Source: Camelus ferus (lineage: Eukaryota). From it: a stretch of DNA of 64,000 nucleotides. The position numbers and the translations under genes were made by a program. A model generated the notes under the pieces. It saw only the letters and a list, made by a program, of their open reading frames with translations. It was not told where the DNA came from and ran no database searches. The stretch lies in assembly GCF_009834535.1 (NCBI RefSeq), contig NC_045696.1, positions 34,102,001-34,166,000 of the forward strand. The letters run 5' to 3'. Positions 50,662-64,000 of the stretch are shown piece by piece. The stretch's first letter is position 1. Every line of letters starts with the position of its first letter.

Positions 50662-51843
50662 TTCTTAACATTTTTTATTGATTTATAATCATTTTACAAT
50701 GTTGTGTCAAATTCCAGTGTAGAGCACAATTTTTCAGTTATACATGAACATATATATATTCATTGTCACATTTTTTTCTCTGTGAGCTACCATAAGATCT
50801 TGTATATATTTCCCTGTGCTATACAGTATAATCTTGTTTATCTATTCTACATTTTGAAATCCCAGTCTATCCCTTCCCACCCCCTGCCCCCTTGGCAACC
50901 ACAAGTTTGTATTCTATGTCTATGAGTCTGTTTCTGTTTTGTATTTATGTTTTGTTTGTTTGTTTGTTTGTTTTAGATTCCACATATGAGTGATCTCATA
51001 TGGTATTTTTCTTTCACTTTCTGGCTTACTTCACTTAGAATGACATTCTCCAGGAGCATCCATGTTGCTGCAAATGGCGTTATGTTATCAGTTTTTATGG
51101 CTGAATAGTATTCCATTGTATAAATATACCACTTCTTCTTTATCCAGTCATCTGTTGATGGACATTTAGGCTGTTTCCGTGTCTTGGCTATTGTAAATAC
51201 TGCTGCTATGAACACTGGGGTGCAGGTGTCATCCTGAAGTAGGGTTCCTTCTGGATATATGTCCAGGAGCAGGATTCCTGGGTCATATGGTAAGTCTATT
51301 CCTAGTCTTTTGAGGAATCTCCATACTGTTTTCCACAGTGGCTGTACCAAACTACATTCCCACCAGCAGTGTAAGAGGGTTCCCTTTTCTCCACAGCCTT
51401 TCTAGCATTTGTCATTTGTGGATTTTTGAATGATGACCATTCTGACTGGTGTGAGGTGATACCTCATTGTAGTTTTGATTTGCATTTCTCTGATAATTAT
51501 TGATATTGAGCATTTTTTCATGTGCCTATTGATCATTTGTATGTCTTCCTTGGAAATTGCTTGTTTAGGTCTTCTGCCCATTTTTGGATTGGGTTGTTTG
51601 TTTTTTTTCTTATTAAGTCATATGAGCTGCTTATATATTCTGGAGATCAAGCCTTTGTTGGTTTCATATGCAAAAATGTTCTCCCATTCCATAAGTTGTC
51701 TTTTTGTTTTACTTATGGTTTCCTTTGCTGTGCAGAAGCTTGTAAGTTTCATTAGGTCCCATTTGTTTATTCTTGCTTTTATTTCTATTGCTTGAGTAGA
51801 CTGTTCTAGGAGAACATTTTTGAGATGTATGTCAGATAATGTC
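50662..51843 (-). mobile_element. Young L1, 3' ~1.2 kb (ORF2 C-terminus plus 3' UTR); 3' part of a U6-L1 chimera
   Basis: ORF2 peptides KARINKWDLMKLTSFCTAKETI and [24 protein letters not shown]...KEKYHMRSLICGI. Confidence 0.95.
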
Positions 51844-51950
51844 AAAAGTATGGAATGCTTCACGAATTTGCGTGTCATTCTTGTGCAGGGGCCATGCTAA
51901 TCTTCTCTTTATTGTTCCAATTTTAGTATATGTGCTGCCGAAGTGAGCAC
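51844..51950 (-). pseudogene. RNU6: Full-length U6 snRNA retrocopy fused 5' of L1
   Basis: Reverse complement gtgctcacttcggcagcacatatactaaaattggaacaataaagagaagattagcatggcccctgcacaagaatgacacgcaaattcgtgaagcattccatactttt; about 7 differences from U6, ACAGAGA box mutated. Confidence 0.97.
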
Positions 51951-54319
51951 CATAAAATCTTAATATAGTTGAGAGGTTAAAAATCATTCTCCAGTAGAGG
52001 ATAAGTAAGAAAAGAAGTTTTGAAAAATTACTATAAACCTCACAAGTAAAATAAGAAATGTTTTTGATGAAGTCTCAAGAAATGATCATGTTTTTACATA
52101 AGGTAAGAGTTTATAAATTCTTGTTTTATTACAGTATGCTATTTTATGACAAGAATGGAACACTACACAAATATATACATATAACTTTTTAAAAACTTTG
52201 TAATCCAAGAGCTTTAATGCTATAATATTTAGACAAAGTTTTATTGTGGTTGGTAACTTTATGATACCGGCCACCATTGAAGTGGCTGATTAAACAAGAA
52301 GCACTACTAGCTAAAGACAGATTTCAGTGGAAGACTCCAGAACCAAAAGTATCCTTTGTTAGGGAAGAAAAATCCTTGTTTGATCTCCATTGGGCAGAGA
52401 GTCTTACAGAGGCCATCTGGCACTCCTCCTCAAAGTGGGAAAAGGCAGCTCTTCTCAGCTGGCTTCTGGTGAGCTTTTATCTTCTCTAATATAAAATCCA
52501 TGGTGTAGCCAGATGACAACGATATTTTTCTTAATATTTCAGTGCCATAAGAATGATATGCATATTTGCAAACTAGATCAGCTAATTGAATGACAGAAAG
52601 AAATTTTACAATCTGGAGACAACAAAGAAAAAGATACTATGAGCAGTGCAACACTATCAAGTGATGGTCACGATAATTAAATCACTTGTGCTGTGCTCAC
52701 CTTAAATGAGAGAATGCATAATCCTCTCTCCCAGCTCATATAACGTTGCATGGAACACTTAAGCCTGCTACAGATTGGTGGTAACACTGATCTCCTGTTG
52801 TGAGGAATAATTAAAGTTTATTAAATCACTCTAAAAGCTTATAAAAGCAAACACCAAAAGCTTGTATAGTAGGATTGTCAACCACAAAAAAAAAAAAAAA
52901 AAAAAGGCAGTTGCTGGGGTTGATTTAAAAGCTGCTGTAGCTAAATTAGAAGATTTATGATGGAAATTTTAGCTTCTTTCCTAGTCAGGATTATTTTATC
53001 ATGTAATTCCTTTAATCATTTTCAATTAATGCCTGAGTGTTGCCCCTCAAAGCAAATTTACTCTCATAAGTTAAGTCTTATTTAATGTGCACTAAACAGC
53101 TAAAAACTTGCCTAAGACTGTACCTTATGATACCGTAAAAGGATGTTACTGGCACTCCCAGAACTTTGTCAGAGTGCTTATGCTTACTGAAATGCCTTCT
53201 GGGACAGGGTCCTCCCTACCTAAAATTCTAAATAAATTTTGGGAAAGGCAATTACAGAGCACGATGGTGTGGGGTATTATATTCGGCTGGATCTGACAAT
53301 TGAGAATTCTTTGCTTGTTTAAGCGTTTTAAGAATCACTTGTTAAGAAAACTGATGTTAAGATTTAAAATCTGAGTTTATAGCTTTATGATAATTCCTAT
53401 TTAAGAAACTGATGCTAAAAAGTGCTAAATGCTTAGAAGAATTTTATCAAACAAAGTAGAAATGGGGCTTTGGAAATAAAAAAAGTGAGGATAGATAAGA
53501 AATATATATATAGATATTTTATATCCAATCCAATTTATACCTCTACTTGAAAATGATTCTAGACATGTCCATAATCCAGCAATCCTCTAATTCCTAGCTT
53601 TGCACTCATGCTCTGTAGCTTAATCTGAATTTCATACTTTTATTGAAAAAAATGTAATAGAATATTTAAATTTTGCACTTGAAAGAATAAAGAGCAAATA
53701 TGTTATTGAATAAAATCACAATAGTGTTGTGGAGGTAAAACTTAGAGAATTTTTCTAGAATTGAAAACAAAGAGAAGATCAGCATTAGAAGTGCTGTGAA
53801 AATACAATAAATATCCCTGATGAAACCATCAGAATTAATAGAATTATCTTCAAAGATTTAATATAAGCAAATACATTTAAGATGAAACAAGATCTGAGAC
53901 AAAAGGCTCAGAAAGGGGCTTCTGCCTCCAGAGAGTAAGTGAGGTAGAATGCAGCAGACACCAGCTCAGCTGAAAAGAACTCTGAAGCCAGTACGATACA
54001 ACTACCGTATACTTATGAGTACTGGAGAAAGGATGAGATGATGAGAACTAGTAGGGCTGATTCTAGAAATGAAATGACTTTTCGTATTGTTTTCTGTAGG
54101 CTATCTTCTAATTCTGGGGGCAACCAAGAGACTGAAAATGTGGGCTATTAAGAGGCATAGCACTTCCCCCAAAGAGAGAGAAACATGCAAAAGCGTAAGT
54201 AGTCTTGCAAAGCAGGAACTGAAGTTGAGACATCAGGGGCCTCATACTCATCAATGCACTTTCTAAATTCTGAAGCCTTATGAATAGGAAGCTAAAGAAG
54301 TAAATCAAAAACTTCTGAA

Positions 54320-54826
54320 TTTGTTTTCTATTGCTGCTAGAAGAAGCTACCACAAAGTTAGTGGCTTAAAATGGCATGAATGGATTATCTTACAGTTTTG
54401 GAGACCCAAAGTCGGCAGTGGGGTCTCACTGAGCCATAATTAAGGTGTCAGCTGGGCTGCTTACCTTTCTTAAGACTTTAGGGGAAAATCCATTTTTGTG
54501 CCTTCTCCACCTGCTAGAGGCTGTCTGCATTCCATGGCTTGTAGCCCCTTCCATCTTCAAACCCAGCAATGGCTGGTTGAGTTTTCTCAAGATGCTATCA
54601 CTCTGGTTCTGACTTTTTGCTTCCCTCTTCCCCAATTAAGGACCTTTATGATTATGTTGGGCCCACCTGGATAATTCAAGGTTCTTTTGTCTTCAGCTCA
54701 GCTGGTTAGCAACCTTAGTTCCATCTGACACCTTGACTCCTCTTTACCACATAACATACCATATTCTCAAGTTCTGGAGCTTAGGATGTAGACATCTTTG
54801 GGGAACCATTATTTTGTGTCCCATAA
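54320..54826 (-). mobile_element. MaLR solo LTR (MLT1D-like)
   Basis: ttttctattgctgct...accacaaagttagtggcttaaaa...ggatgtagacatctttggggaaccattatt. Confidence 0.85.
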
Positions 54827-55890
54827 CCTCTGGAAATCAAAGCAAAGTTTTCTGTTGAGGAGAAGAAGATTAAATTCAAGTTCTTCCATAGGAACAAGAA
54901 GCCCAAGAATAAACCTTAGCTAGTAGTCCCTATCCCAGAAACAGAACCCTATCACAGGTTGACTGCACCTTGTCAAAACCACAACTCAGTGGCAGTTCAT
55001 TCAAATCAGCTATAGATTTGAGAGACTCAATCTCAATGCTGTCTAGGAGGAAAAAAGTAAGACTCTTTATAGAAGAGAATAATATTTTCTTGAACTTTTA
55101 TAACATTTAGTTGCAATTTCTTGCATTTATTAAAAATTTATTAAATTTATTTAAAAGCAGATGTGCTAAGAGAGAATAACATATGACCAAAAAATGAGGG
55201 AATAAAGAAACGGAATTCTGGATGATCTAGACATTGAAATTAGCAGATAAAAATCTTTAAAATAACTATGAGTAAATTGTGTAATGAAATAGATGAAATG
55301 GGAAGACTATCACCAGTGGATTATGACTTTTAAAAAATAAAATAGAATTCTAAATATAAATAACAAATACAATATTTTAAATTAAAAATGTATAGATGGG
55401 TCACTGTAGAAGACAGGATTAATTAACTACAGGTTGGTATAAAATATCTTAATATTCTAAAGAGGTTGAAGAGAAAATATACTCCAAAATAAAGATGTTT
55501 TTAGACAAACAAAAACAGAGATTTCATTATCATCAAACCAGCACTGAAAGGAATTCTAAAAGGAGTTATTATGGAAGGTGGAAAATTACTTCAGATGGAA
55601 AAATCATAATACAGAAGAGAATCAAGACAAACAGAAAGAAATTTGTGAACAATCACAGAAACAAACTATTAAATAATTAGTATAAATATAAATAATCATT
55701 TTAACCATATAAGCAACAAAATGTAAAATAAATGTAAAACTTAAAAAGAAATACAAGGAACCTGTGAAAAAGTCACTGTGAAGCCATAATATTTAGACAA
55801 ATGGAAAGATTTGGGGGAATATTCTCTTGGAGAATGTTTAACATCATTTATTGTCACAAAATGTCTATTTTCATTCCAATATAAAAAATA

Positions 55891-56040
55891 GAGGGAAGAG
55901 GGTATAGCTCAGTGGTAGAGCACATGCCTCACATGCATGAGGTCCTGGGTTTGATCCCCAGCACCTCCATTAAAAATAAATACATAATAAGTAAATAAAC
56001 AATTACTTTCCCCACCCAAAAAAAGATTTTTTAAAAAATT
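55891..56040 (+). mobile_element. tRNA-Ala-derived SINE (vic-1-like)
   Basis: gggtatagctcagtggtagagcacatgcctcacatgcatgaggtcctgggtttgatccccagcacctcc plus A-rich tail. Confidence 0.9.
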
Positions 56041-56043
56041 TTA

Positions 56044-56490
56044 ATAAAATAATGCCATTTGCAGCAACATGGATGGAACTGGACCATCATTCTAAGTGAA
56101 GTAAGCCAGAAAGAGAAAGAAAAATACCATATGATATTACTTATGTGTGGAATATTAAAAAAAAAAAAGACAAACTTATTTACAAAACAGAAACAGACTC
56201 ACAGATATAGAAAATGAACTTATGGTTACCAGTGGGGGAAGGAAGGGATAAACTGGGAATTAGAGATTTGCAGATACTAACTAATATATATAAAATAGAT
56301 AAACAACAAGTTTCTACTGTATAGCACAGGGAACTATATTCAATATCTTGTAGTAACTTATGGTGAAAAAGAATATGAAAACAAATATATGTATGTTCAA
56401 GTATGACTGAAGCATTATGTTGTATACCAGAAATTGACACAACACTGTAAACTGATTATATTTCAATAAATATATGCATACAAAAAATCC
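56044..56490 (+). mobile_element. Young L1 3' end
   Basis: aaaataatgccatttgcagcaacatggatg...gaaattgacacaacactgtaaactgattatatttcaataaa. Confidence 0.9.
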
Positions 56491-59400
56491 TTTGTAAATC
56501 AGGCAAAAGAGAAAAAGATCAACTTCATAACATAAAAATACTTATGATTTGCAAGTGTCAAACATAATTAAGCTAATTAAACATTAGTCATGCACATTAA
56601 GCCACATGAGAAAAATCAGTAAATACTTGAAATAAAATAACACTAACTACATTTTTACTATAATACATTAAATCTAGAAATTAAATAGTAAAAATAAAAA
56701 CTTCAATGCTCTGAAAAATTTTTTAAAAAAACCTCTCAAACAGTTCTTGGGGAGAGGGAAAATGGCATGCAGAAAGGTGAATATACTGTAAATAAAATCA
56801 ATGAAATTAAAAAATTCATGAGATGTAACTTAAGTAAGAGGAAAATTCAAAGATGAGAATTAATGAAAATAAATTAAGAATTTACTACAAACACTAGAAA
56901 AAGAATTATAACATTTAGGAGGAATCTGGAGGTAACTGACAAATTTAATAATAATAATTTACAGAAACTCTAAAATAAATCAAAACTTTGGTTCTTTAGG
57001 GGAAAAACTGACAAACCATTAGTGAGGCAGACTACTTATGCACAGTACAAAATGAAGAAAACAAAGAAAAAGAGATAAAGTTATAAAATAACATAAAGAC
57101 TAAAAGATTTTCCATAAAGATTCCACAAATTTAAAAAAAAAAAAACTAAAAATGATGGCAACTGAAGAAGCATTACTATTACATAGGATAAAATGACAAA
57201 CAATGGAGTCCATAAGAAAAAATACAACCTACTGACCAATAAATATTTTCAAATACGTTTAACCTCAAAATGAAAATAAGTGCAAATGCAATAATGCATG
57301 TAAAAGGCAATTTTTCACTCTCAGGTTAGTAAAGATTAATAAAAATACTTGACACAATTTATTTTTGCTAAGTACATAGAGCACCTGACAGCCTTGTGCG
57401 TTGTTTTTGGAATAGTTTTAGCACCACATTTTTGGAGGGAAGTACCAATCAAAATATTTTCTTCATTGCTTAAATCCATTGACCCCAAAATTCCCTTTTA
57501 AAAAACATACTGTCTTTTTACTGAACAATTGTGTCAAGATATAGGATACCTATTTATTGGACACAATGTTCAAAACAGCATTACTTGGAAACTCCAGCAA
57601 CACTAGAAATATAATGAAGAGGGAATTTTCTTTATAATATAGTTCATCCAAAGGGTGGATTACTATGGGCATAGAAGAACAGAAAATAAAGTAGAGCTCT
57701 GATAAAAAGTAAAACAAAAAGCAAGGTACAGTGCAATATGTATAATATAAATTATAGATGTGTTTATGTTAGATTTCTGGAAAGAAATGTAAGAAACTAC
57801 TGAGGGTATTTACTTTTGGTAGTGAAACTTGGTTGAGGGGAACTGGAAAATTGATCATTTACATGTTAAAAGCTTTTATATCATTTAAAAATACATGTTA
57901 TTTCAAAATTACGAATTTCAATAAAAAGAAAAATGATGTAAGAAGGCAAAGAATTGATTAAATTTTGTGTTACAGTAGATATATTAGCTGCACAGTGTGA
58001 TGAACAAACGTTGAAGGATCTGCTCAGTGGTGAAGTGGATATAGCTGAAATGGTACTTCACCCATCAGTATAATTTATCCAAGTAGCTTTTCAGGTTGGT
58101 GACAGAGTTTTGAGGTGAAGTGGCACATGGAAGCATAACTATCATTGATACGCACTACTTGACTTTTTTTAACAATCAAAAGATGAACTCAGAAGAGCAA
58201 GTCAATCATACATGTTTCGTATATGTAAATGTAGCCTTGGCTTGGGGTCTTGTCCTTCTATCTTCCTGCATTATAATGCCCAAAAACCTAACATTACATT
58301 AAACATCTCAGAAAAGAAGACAGCTCTGTAACTCTAAAAATTTTAGTAGACCATGAAATTATCCCGTTACCTTAGAGGAAAAACTGGCTATAGTCAATTA
58401 GGTGTTAAATAGTACTTTCTTTCATTTGATTACTGGTTTAAGTATTACACAAGAAAAAAGCACTTTGGCTGAAAATCGGCCATATACCTATTACAAAGTG
58501 TCTGCACCCTCACATTCCAAAGACCTTACAAAAAGAAAAGAAAATATAACTATTAGAAATATGATAGAACATTAAAGATACATTAGACCAGCTTTCAAAG
58601 TTCAGAAATCTTTTGATTTTTTTTTCAGAAACAGTATAATGTCACATTTTTTCATGAGTAAAAGTAAAAACAAAATAAAATAAAATCTCTGTATGTTCCA
58701 TGCCAAGAGAACTACCACAATCACTTCCTCTGAGCCTCAAAATATCATGTATTTAAACACTAATAGGCAAAGATTGAAAGAATGTGTTATGCCATTCCAC
58801 TCTGGTGATGCAGATGCACAGCTCCCTTTCCTTCTTTCTGCTCCTTCATTTTAGAAGCAGTCAGCTTTAGACTAGGAATGAAGAGAAAAAGCAAGTAAAA
58901 ATCATGGACGTGGTACAGGGAATATTTTGTGATGGGACTTTGAATTTAGCGAGTTCCTTTTACTTGGCATCAGAGGGGATACAACGTGAAGAATCATGAG
59001 GTTGGTTACTATGCATCTTATGCCCAAATGAATGAGATAAAGAAGCCCTTGGGATTTTCTTTGTTTGTCCAATCCTGGTCAATAGATTAGGAAAGAAAGT
59101 GATGAAGGTTTAACAATAAGGATAAATAAATACATACACATACAACTATTTCTTTAGCAGTAGCCTTTCTCACCTTACCCAATCTCCACCCTCTATATGG
59201 AAAGAGGCCATTTCTGTTAAATAGAAATTTTGATAAAACATAGAGTAGGATATCAGAAATCTAAAAGGCACTCTTAAATGAAAAGTGATGCTTTCTGGAG
59301 AAGTGATAATTGACGATTCCTGAATGTGGCAAGGATGCTAATAGCATCTGACTTACTGAGTGGACAATGTAAGAGGAGGGCAAAGCAGAATGACTCAGGA

Positions 59401-62400
59401 CCAAAGAAATGACTTCAGACTTGATGTGAGAGAAAGAAAGGAGAGATGAGGTGGATGGTGAATTTGGGACAAGGATCCATGATCCTGAGGGCGCATATGA
59501 AGTTTTGCTCTTAGATACGTGGCGAACTCTTATGATGGTTTCTTCATGAAATCACATTAAAATATCATTATTTGCTAATGCATCGTGGTGTTAAGTCTGT
59601 TATTAGGGTGCTGAGTGAAGTATGTTGGGGTTTGAGACCATTGGCAAGAATACTGCCACTTTTTTTCTACTCAGGAACAGAAGTTCTGCTCAGCAAAACA
59701 CCTAGGTGATGCTTCCCTGCTCCCTCTCTTCCCTGACACAGAGAATCTTTCTCTCTTCCTCCTCTTCTTGTCAAAATTGCTCTAAATAATGAACCTGATT
59801 TTGATCAGCTACAACATATTATTTATTAAACATAGTGTATTCTCTGAGATGACATCACTGAAGATGCTTCCTGAGTCGTGAAATAAAAGGCACTCCTTCC
59901 CAGCTAACATGATTCCAGGTGTCAATGAGACAGGCAACTCTATTTGGACAGAATCACCTATTTAGGATCAGAAATCAGTAAACCTTATCTATTATATTTA
60001 TTAGAAAATTATTTCTGACAGCTTTTTATTTATACTAACTCAACATAATCCATCAATAAATTGATGAGGGGTTGAAAAGTTGACACTGGGGAGAAGAGTT
60101 GGACTTCCAGAGAGTTCCTGGATCCGAGAACTCCCTGTGAGATTTACCAGAACCCATCACCAGGAGGCTATCCACACTGATTGGGGCAGATTTTCAGTAG
60201 AAACTCCCGTCATCCTCCATCCTTCTAATATACTTCAAGCCCATCATGTGCTCTTCCCAACAAGGAGGAGTATGTTGGAATTTTGAAATTCAAACCCCCA
60301 CCTCACTCTCAACCATGTTTCTCAATGGCTCAAGTCTGTGTAATCCTAACTATTTTGAAAGGGAAGTTTAGTTTCTTATCTTATCTCCTCTTGGGAAATT
60401 CTTCCCTTCTAGAAGAGAGAGAAAAAAAATAAAACTAACAATTCTCTTAGAGACAGATAACTATTTCATAAGCGAATCAGTAAAAGTTCATTGCAAAAGA
60501 CCTCAAGTTTGCATTGTTTTTCTCCCTGACTTTGAAATAGAAAAACAGAAGATAAAAAGTATATTTAATTTTCACAGTCTAAAGGTTCACGCTCCCAACA
60601 TGCCCAAGAAAATGGAATTTTAACCATTAGCACACCATAAAGAATTCTTCCAATTTATATCTGTAAATGAATAAAATCCAAAGGAAACTTTTAATTTATA
60701 TTTTGGTAAAGTAAAATCCTATTATGAAAATTGTATCATCCTCAAGGTGAAACAAACAGCAAAAAATGAAATTAGGAACAGAATGACTTTTAGTTAAACA
60801 GATGGCAAAAGATTTACAAACACCACCTAAGTTCTATTTATTATTGAAACACTCAAGTAAATCATTTAGATGATCCATTTTAGTTTCTTGCAAACCTTAC
60901 TGATTTTGATTTTCAGAAGATTTTTAATTGTCTCCATTATGAGAACACCTAGGCTCCCTTGAATGCCTAATTTTGTGAGCATGGTAACTGTTACTAAATT
61001 TTTGCTAAAAACCAGACACCAGAAACAGTCAACTAAATTAGATGGCAAATCATTAAATTTCTAAAACTTTGTAGAGCTTCTTGAGAGAAAAATCCAAAGT
61101 GGAACTGGGTCAAAGACTGGTGAACAAAATGAAAGCACTGATGGGGTTTTGAGATCATTGAGAACTAGAGACAACCGCATTTGAATTGTGTAACTTGCAA
61201 TAATCTACCAGAGGTGTTACGAGTTACACTGAGCTTCCATAAATAATTTTGAAGGAGTTTGACTATAAAAGGTATAATGTAATGTGAAATGTTAAAAAAT
61301 CACTAGTTATATTGATGATATATTATAAATGTTCTAATATTTTACATTAGTAGTTAATTTTAACAGCAGTTATTCCTCATGTTTTAGGAGATACCTATCA
61401 ATCACTAGGAATTACATATTGCATCATGCCTGTAAATGAGCCCTTGACAAAATAATGTGTGCAATTATCTCACAACTTCCTTTGTTAATTTTTGTTTACG
61501 CTCTTGAAACAACCTTATCGTTTATGTACACTTATGATTGTGGAATTAATATATAAAGACACATGTGATCACTCATGTTATATATTTAATTAGGTAATAT
61601 TACCTGGGATTTCTTTTACTCCCAAGACATATCCAGTATTTAAGTATAATTATGCATTAAAGCATCTTGCCATTCACTTTTACCAAGTATGATGACTCCT
61701 TCAATTGACACTGTGCTATTGAGTATCTTTTGTAATGCCTATTTCTAACATTTGAGATAGTTTTACACTGAACAATTGTAATGATGATCTCCAAAAGAAG
61801 TAAGTCCTTCTTAGTGTCTTGAGATGAATGAAGAACCAGAGATAATACAAGGCAGTCCTAGCTAAAGGTAAATTTTTGTCTTTCTTACCTCACAATACTT
61901 GATACTGTTGAGTTTTTTTCAGAGTTTAAAGGGTTTCCTTTTCCAAGTGGGAGAAAAATACGGTCTTCATAACACTATTTAAAAATTGCATTGGATTTGA
62001 TTTGGCTTTTATATTCAGAAAGATACTCTATAGTGTACATGTGAACTAGAATTTAGCCTCAACCAACTGGCAGCCAAATGTTGAAAAATCATGTACGTAG
62101 ATGATTTGAGTTTTCTCTTAATGGCTTAAGTATCTGTGAAAAAAAAGTGTATATATATAATATATTAAATAATATACACATAAAATTCATGTCTCATGGG
62201 CTTTAAAAATTATTTCAAAGATATTTCCATCGCAGAAAATGTTGACACCTATATACACTAAAATTAAAATATATATTTCAAAAGCTCAAGAATTTAATAA
62301 AAACACATCATGCATATTAATTTCATGGTTCTTTAAAAAAAACCACACTTATGTTAAAACATGATACAGAGTCAGTTTCCATTTCATTAGAAACTCTCAC

Positions 62401-62559
62401 TCATTGAAACATAAGTATGATTATATCAAGTATATATTCACATCAAAGGAAAGTTTCCTTTTAACAGAAACTGATGATGCCAAATGTCTGTGATTTGCAT
62501 TCTATAGCTATTTTAATTACTTTAAATGAGATAACTGTATCAAAACTGCTTCATGGAAT

Positions 62560-62720
62560 TGAAATTCAAAGCTTCAAGGTCAGAGAGATTGATGGAGTCC
62601 ACCCACTGCCATTCTGAAGCCAAGAAACATTAAGTAGATTTCTCAAGGTCACACAGAGAAAGAATGGTAATGCTGAGAACAGAACCTGAGTTTTCTGGCT
62701 TACAATCAGCTGTCCTTTTT
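62560..62720 (-). mobile_element. MIR-family fragment
   Basis: taagtagatttctcaaggtcacacag...agaacagaacctgagttttctgg. Confidence 0.5.
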
Positions 62721-63864
62721 AACACATAAATTATCTTGTTAACCCATACATTTTACTGATAAGGCAACTAATAAGCAATGTGGTACAAATGTAGTACAAA
62801 TCATAGCATTAGAACTGAAATAAATCAGCATACTGTGGTCAGGGGGGTTTAGGAGGTAGAAAAAATCTGAGTGTTCTCTGGAATACAGAAAGCAAGAGAG
62901 ATTAAACTTTGAGATAGAGAAGACAGAGGAGATTCATACTGAAATGCTTGATTTTTTATGCGGGGGAAAAAATTAGGGCTGGCCCCAGGCAATGCTTTAA
63001 AGCATAATTCATCTCAAGATCATTCCTACTTCACATAGTTTGTTGTATTCTGTGATCTATCCTGTCCATACTTTAGTTTTCATCTTCCTCTTATGTCTCC
63101 TTGACCCTTCATATTAAACTTCCCATCTCATAGGGTGTTTTTTTTTCCCCCACATAAAAACCAACATAGCTCATCTTAGCCATAGAGATATCAGCTTCTC
63201 CTGAAACATTTGGGCTGTTTTGTCCCAATGAATCTCCATATGATGGTTTCTAAAGCAGTGCTGGGGACAAAGAATAGGGCACAGTACCTTTAGTCAAATC
63301 ATAATAAATACATGTAAATGTGTATAAAATGGGTCCTTGGCAAACAGACAAATATGAAGTTATGCCATCTTCCCAAAGATAAATATATCAGTTACAGATA
63401 TTTTTAAGAATTATTTATAATATATGATTGCCATGAAACATAAAACTTCTAAGCATATTCCTCACTTTCTCATTCATTCATTTAGAAAATATTTTTGAGT
63501 ACCAAAAAATGGCAGGAGCTCTGTTACATACTTAAAAAAATTGATGTCTGAGAGAAAGGCTGACAGGCTGACTTAATGACTGGCATTAAATCAAAATAAT
63601 TATATACTTTAAATACAAATTTTATTCATATATATACTTGGTGTCTACATGATTTTTCTTCTCTGATGTCCTATGGTCATATACATACAAATAAAATTTA
63701 AAACACCTTATTATACCAATTGACTCTCCCAGCTTAAGGACTTTTCAATTTTCAAATGTTCTCAAAAAATAATTGATGAAAATGTCTAACTATGTTGAAA
63801 TTTATTTGGAAAGTACAAGTTGCGGGGGGGGGGGTATCTTTTGTCACCTAAAGTTTGCTCCTAA

Positions 63865-64000
63865 AGTGTGGTTTTTCAACCAGCAACCATATCTGAGAGC
63901 TTGCTAGAAATTCAGAATTCCATCCCAGACTTAGTCAATTAGAGTCAGAATTTTATCAAGAGTCTCCAGGTAACTAGCATCACTTTCAAGTTTGAGAAAC
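63865..64000. mobile_element. MER5-like hAT MITE (runs to window end)
   Basis: gtggtttttcaacc...gagcttgctagaaattcagaatt...aagtttgagaaac. Confidence 0.6.

Larger units (their letters stand above)
53915..57930 (+). mobile_element. Highly degraded old L1 (L1ME-like), in pieces
   Basis: A-rich L1-like tracts (gggcttctgcctcc 5' motif, acattgaaattagcagataaaa, aaactgacaaaccattag, ccattgaccccaaaattccc); hosts three younger insertions. Confidence 0.55.

Noticed and set aside
51618..51878. 86-aa ORF starting in U6 and reading into L1 ORF2
   Set aside because: Incidental in-frame junction; no promoter evident and it stops early in ORF2.
1..64000. Prokaryotic-type systems (CRISPR array, operon, defence island) or an intact host gene
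   Set aside because: The sequence is mammalian and repeat-rich, with no regularly spaced repeat-spacer array, no long ORFs, no CpG island and no recognisable multi-exon gene. An enclosing intron or lncRNA cannot be excluded.

Overview
AT-rich, CpG-poor mammalian genomic DNA. The short tRNA-Ala-like SINEs (vic-1 type) and the young L1 3' ends point to a camelid (alpaca, llama or camel); this is inferred from recalled repeat consensus, not from a search. No intact protein-coding gene was recognised, and the ORF track consists mainly of repeat-derived or chance ORFs. The window is dense in L1, L2, MIR, MaLR/ERVL LTRs and hAT MITEs. Main non-routine items: (1) an ancient, intronless, nearly full-length CTAGE5 (cTAGE5/MIA2) retropseudogene on the minus strand (~20.7-23.9 kb). 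It is split by an LTR, a microsatellite and a young L1, and appears to lack one 43-codon segment of the parent. (2) A U6 snRNA-L1 chimeric retrocopy with target-site duplication (TSD) at 50.65-51.96 kb. (3) A tailless tRNA-Gly 5'-half retrocopy with a perfect 16-bp TSD at 35.66-35.72 kb. (4) A 5'-inverted L1 with a ~500-bp copy of its own flanking DNA inside ORF2 (36.9-40.6 kb). (5) A perfect 28-bp-arm hairpin at 20.61-20.68 kb. Repeat subfamily names and parent-protein comparisons are from memory and need RepeatMasker/BLAST confirmation.
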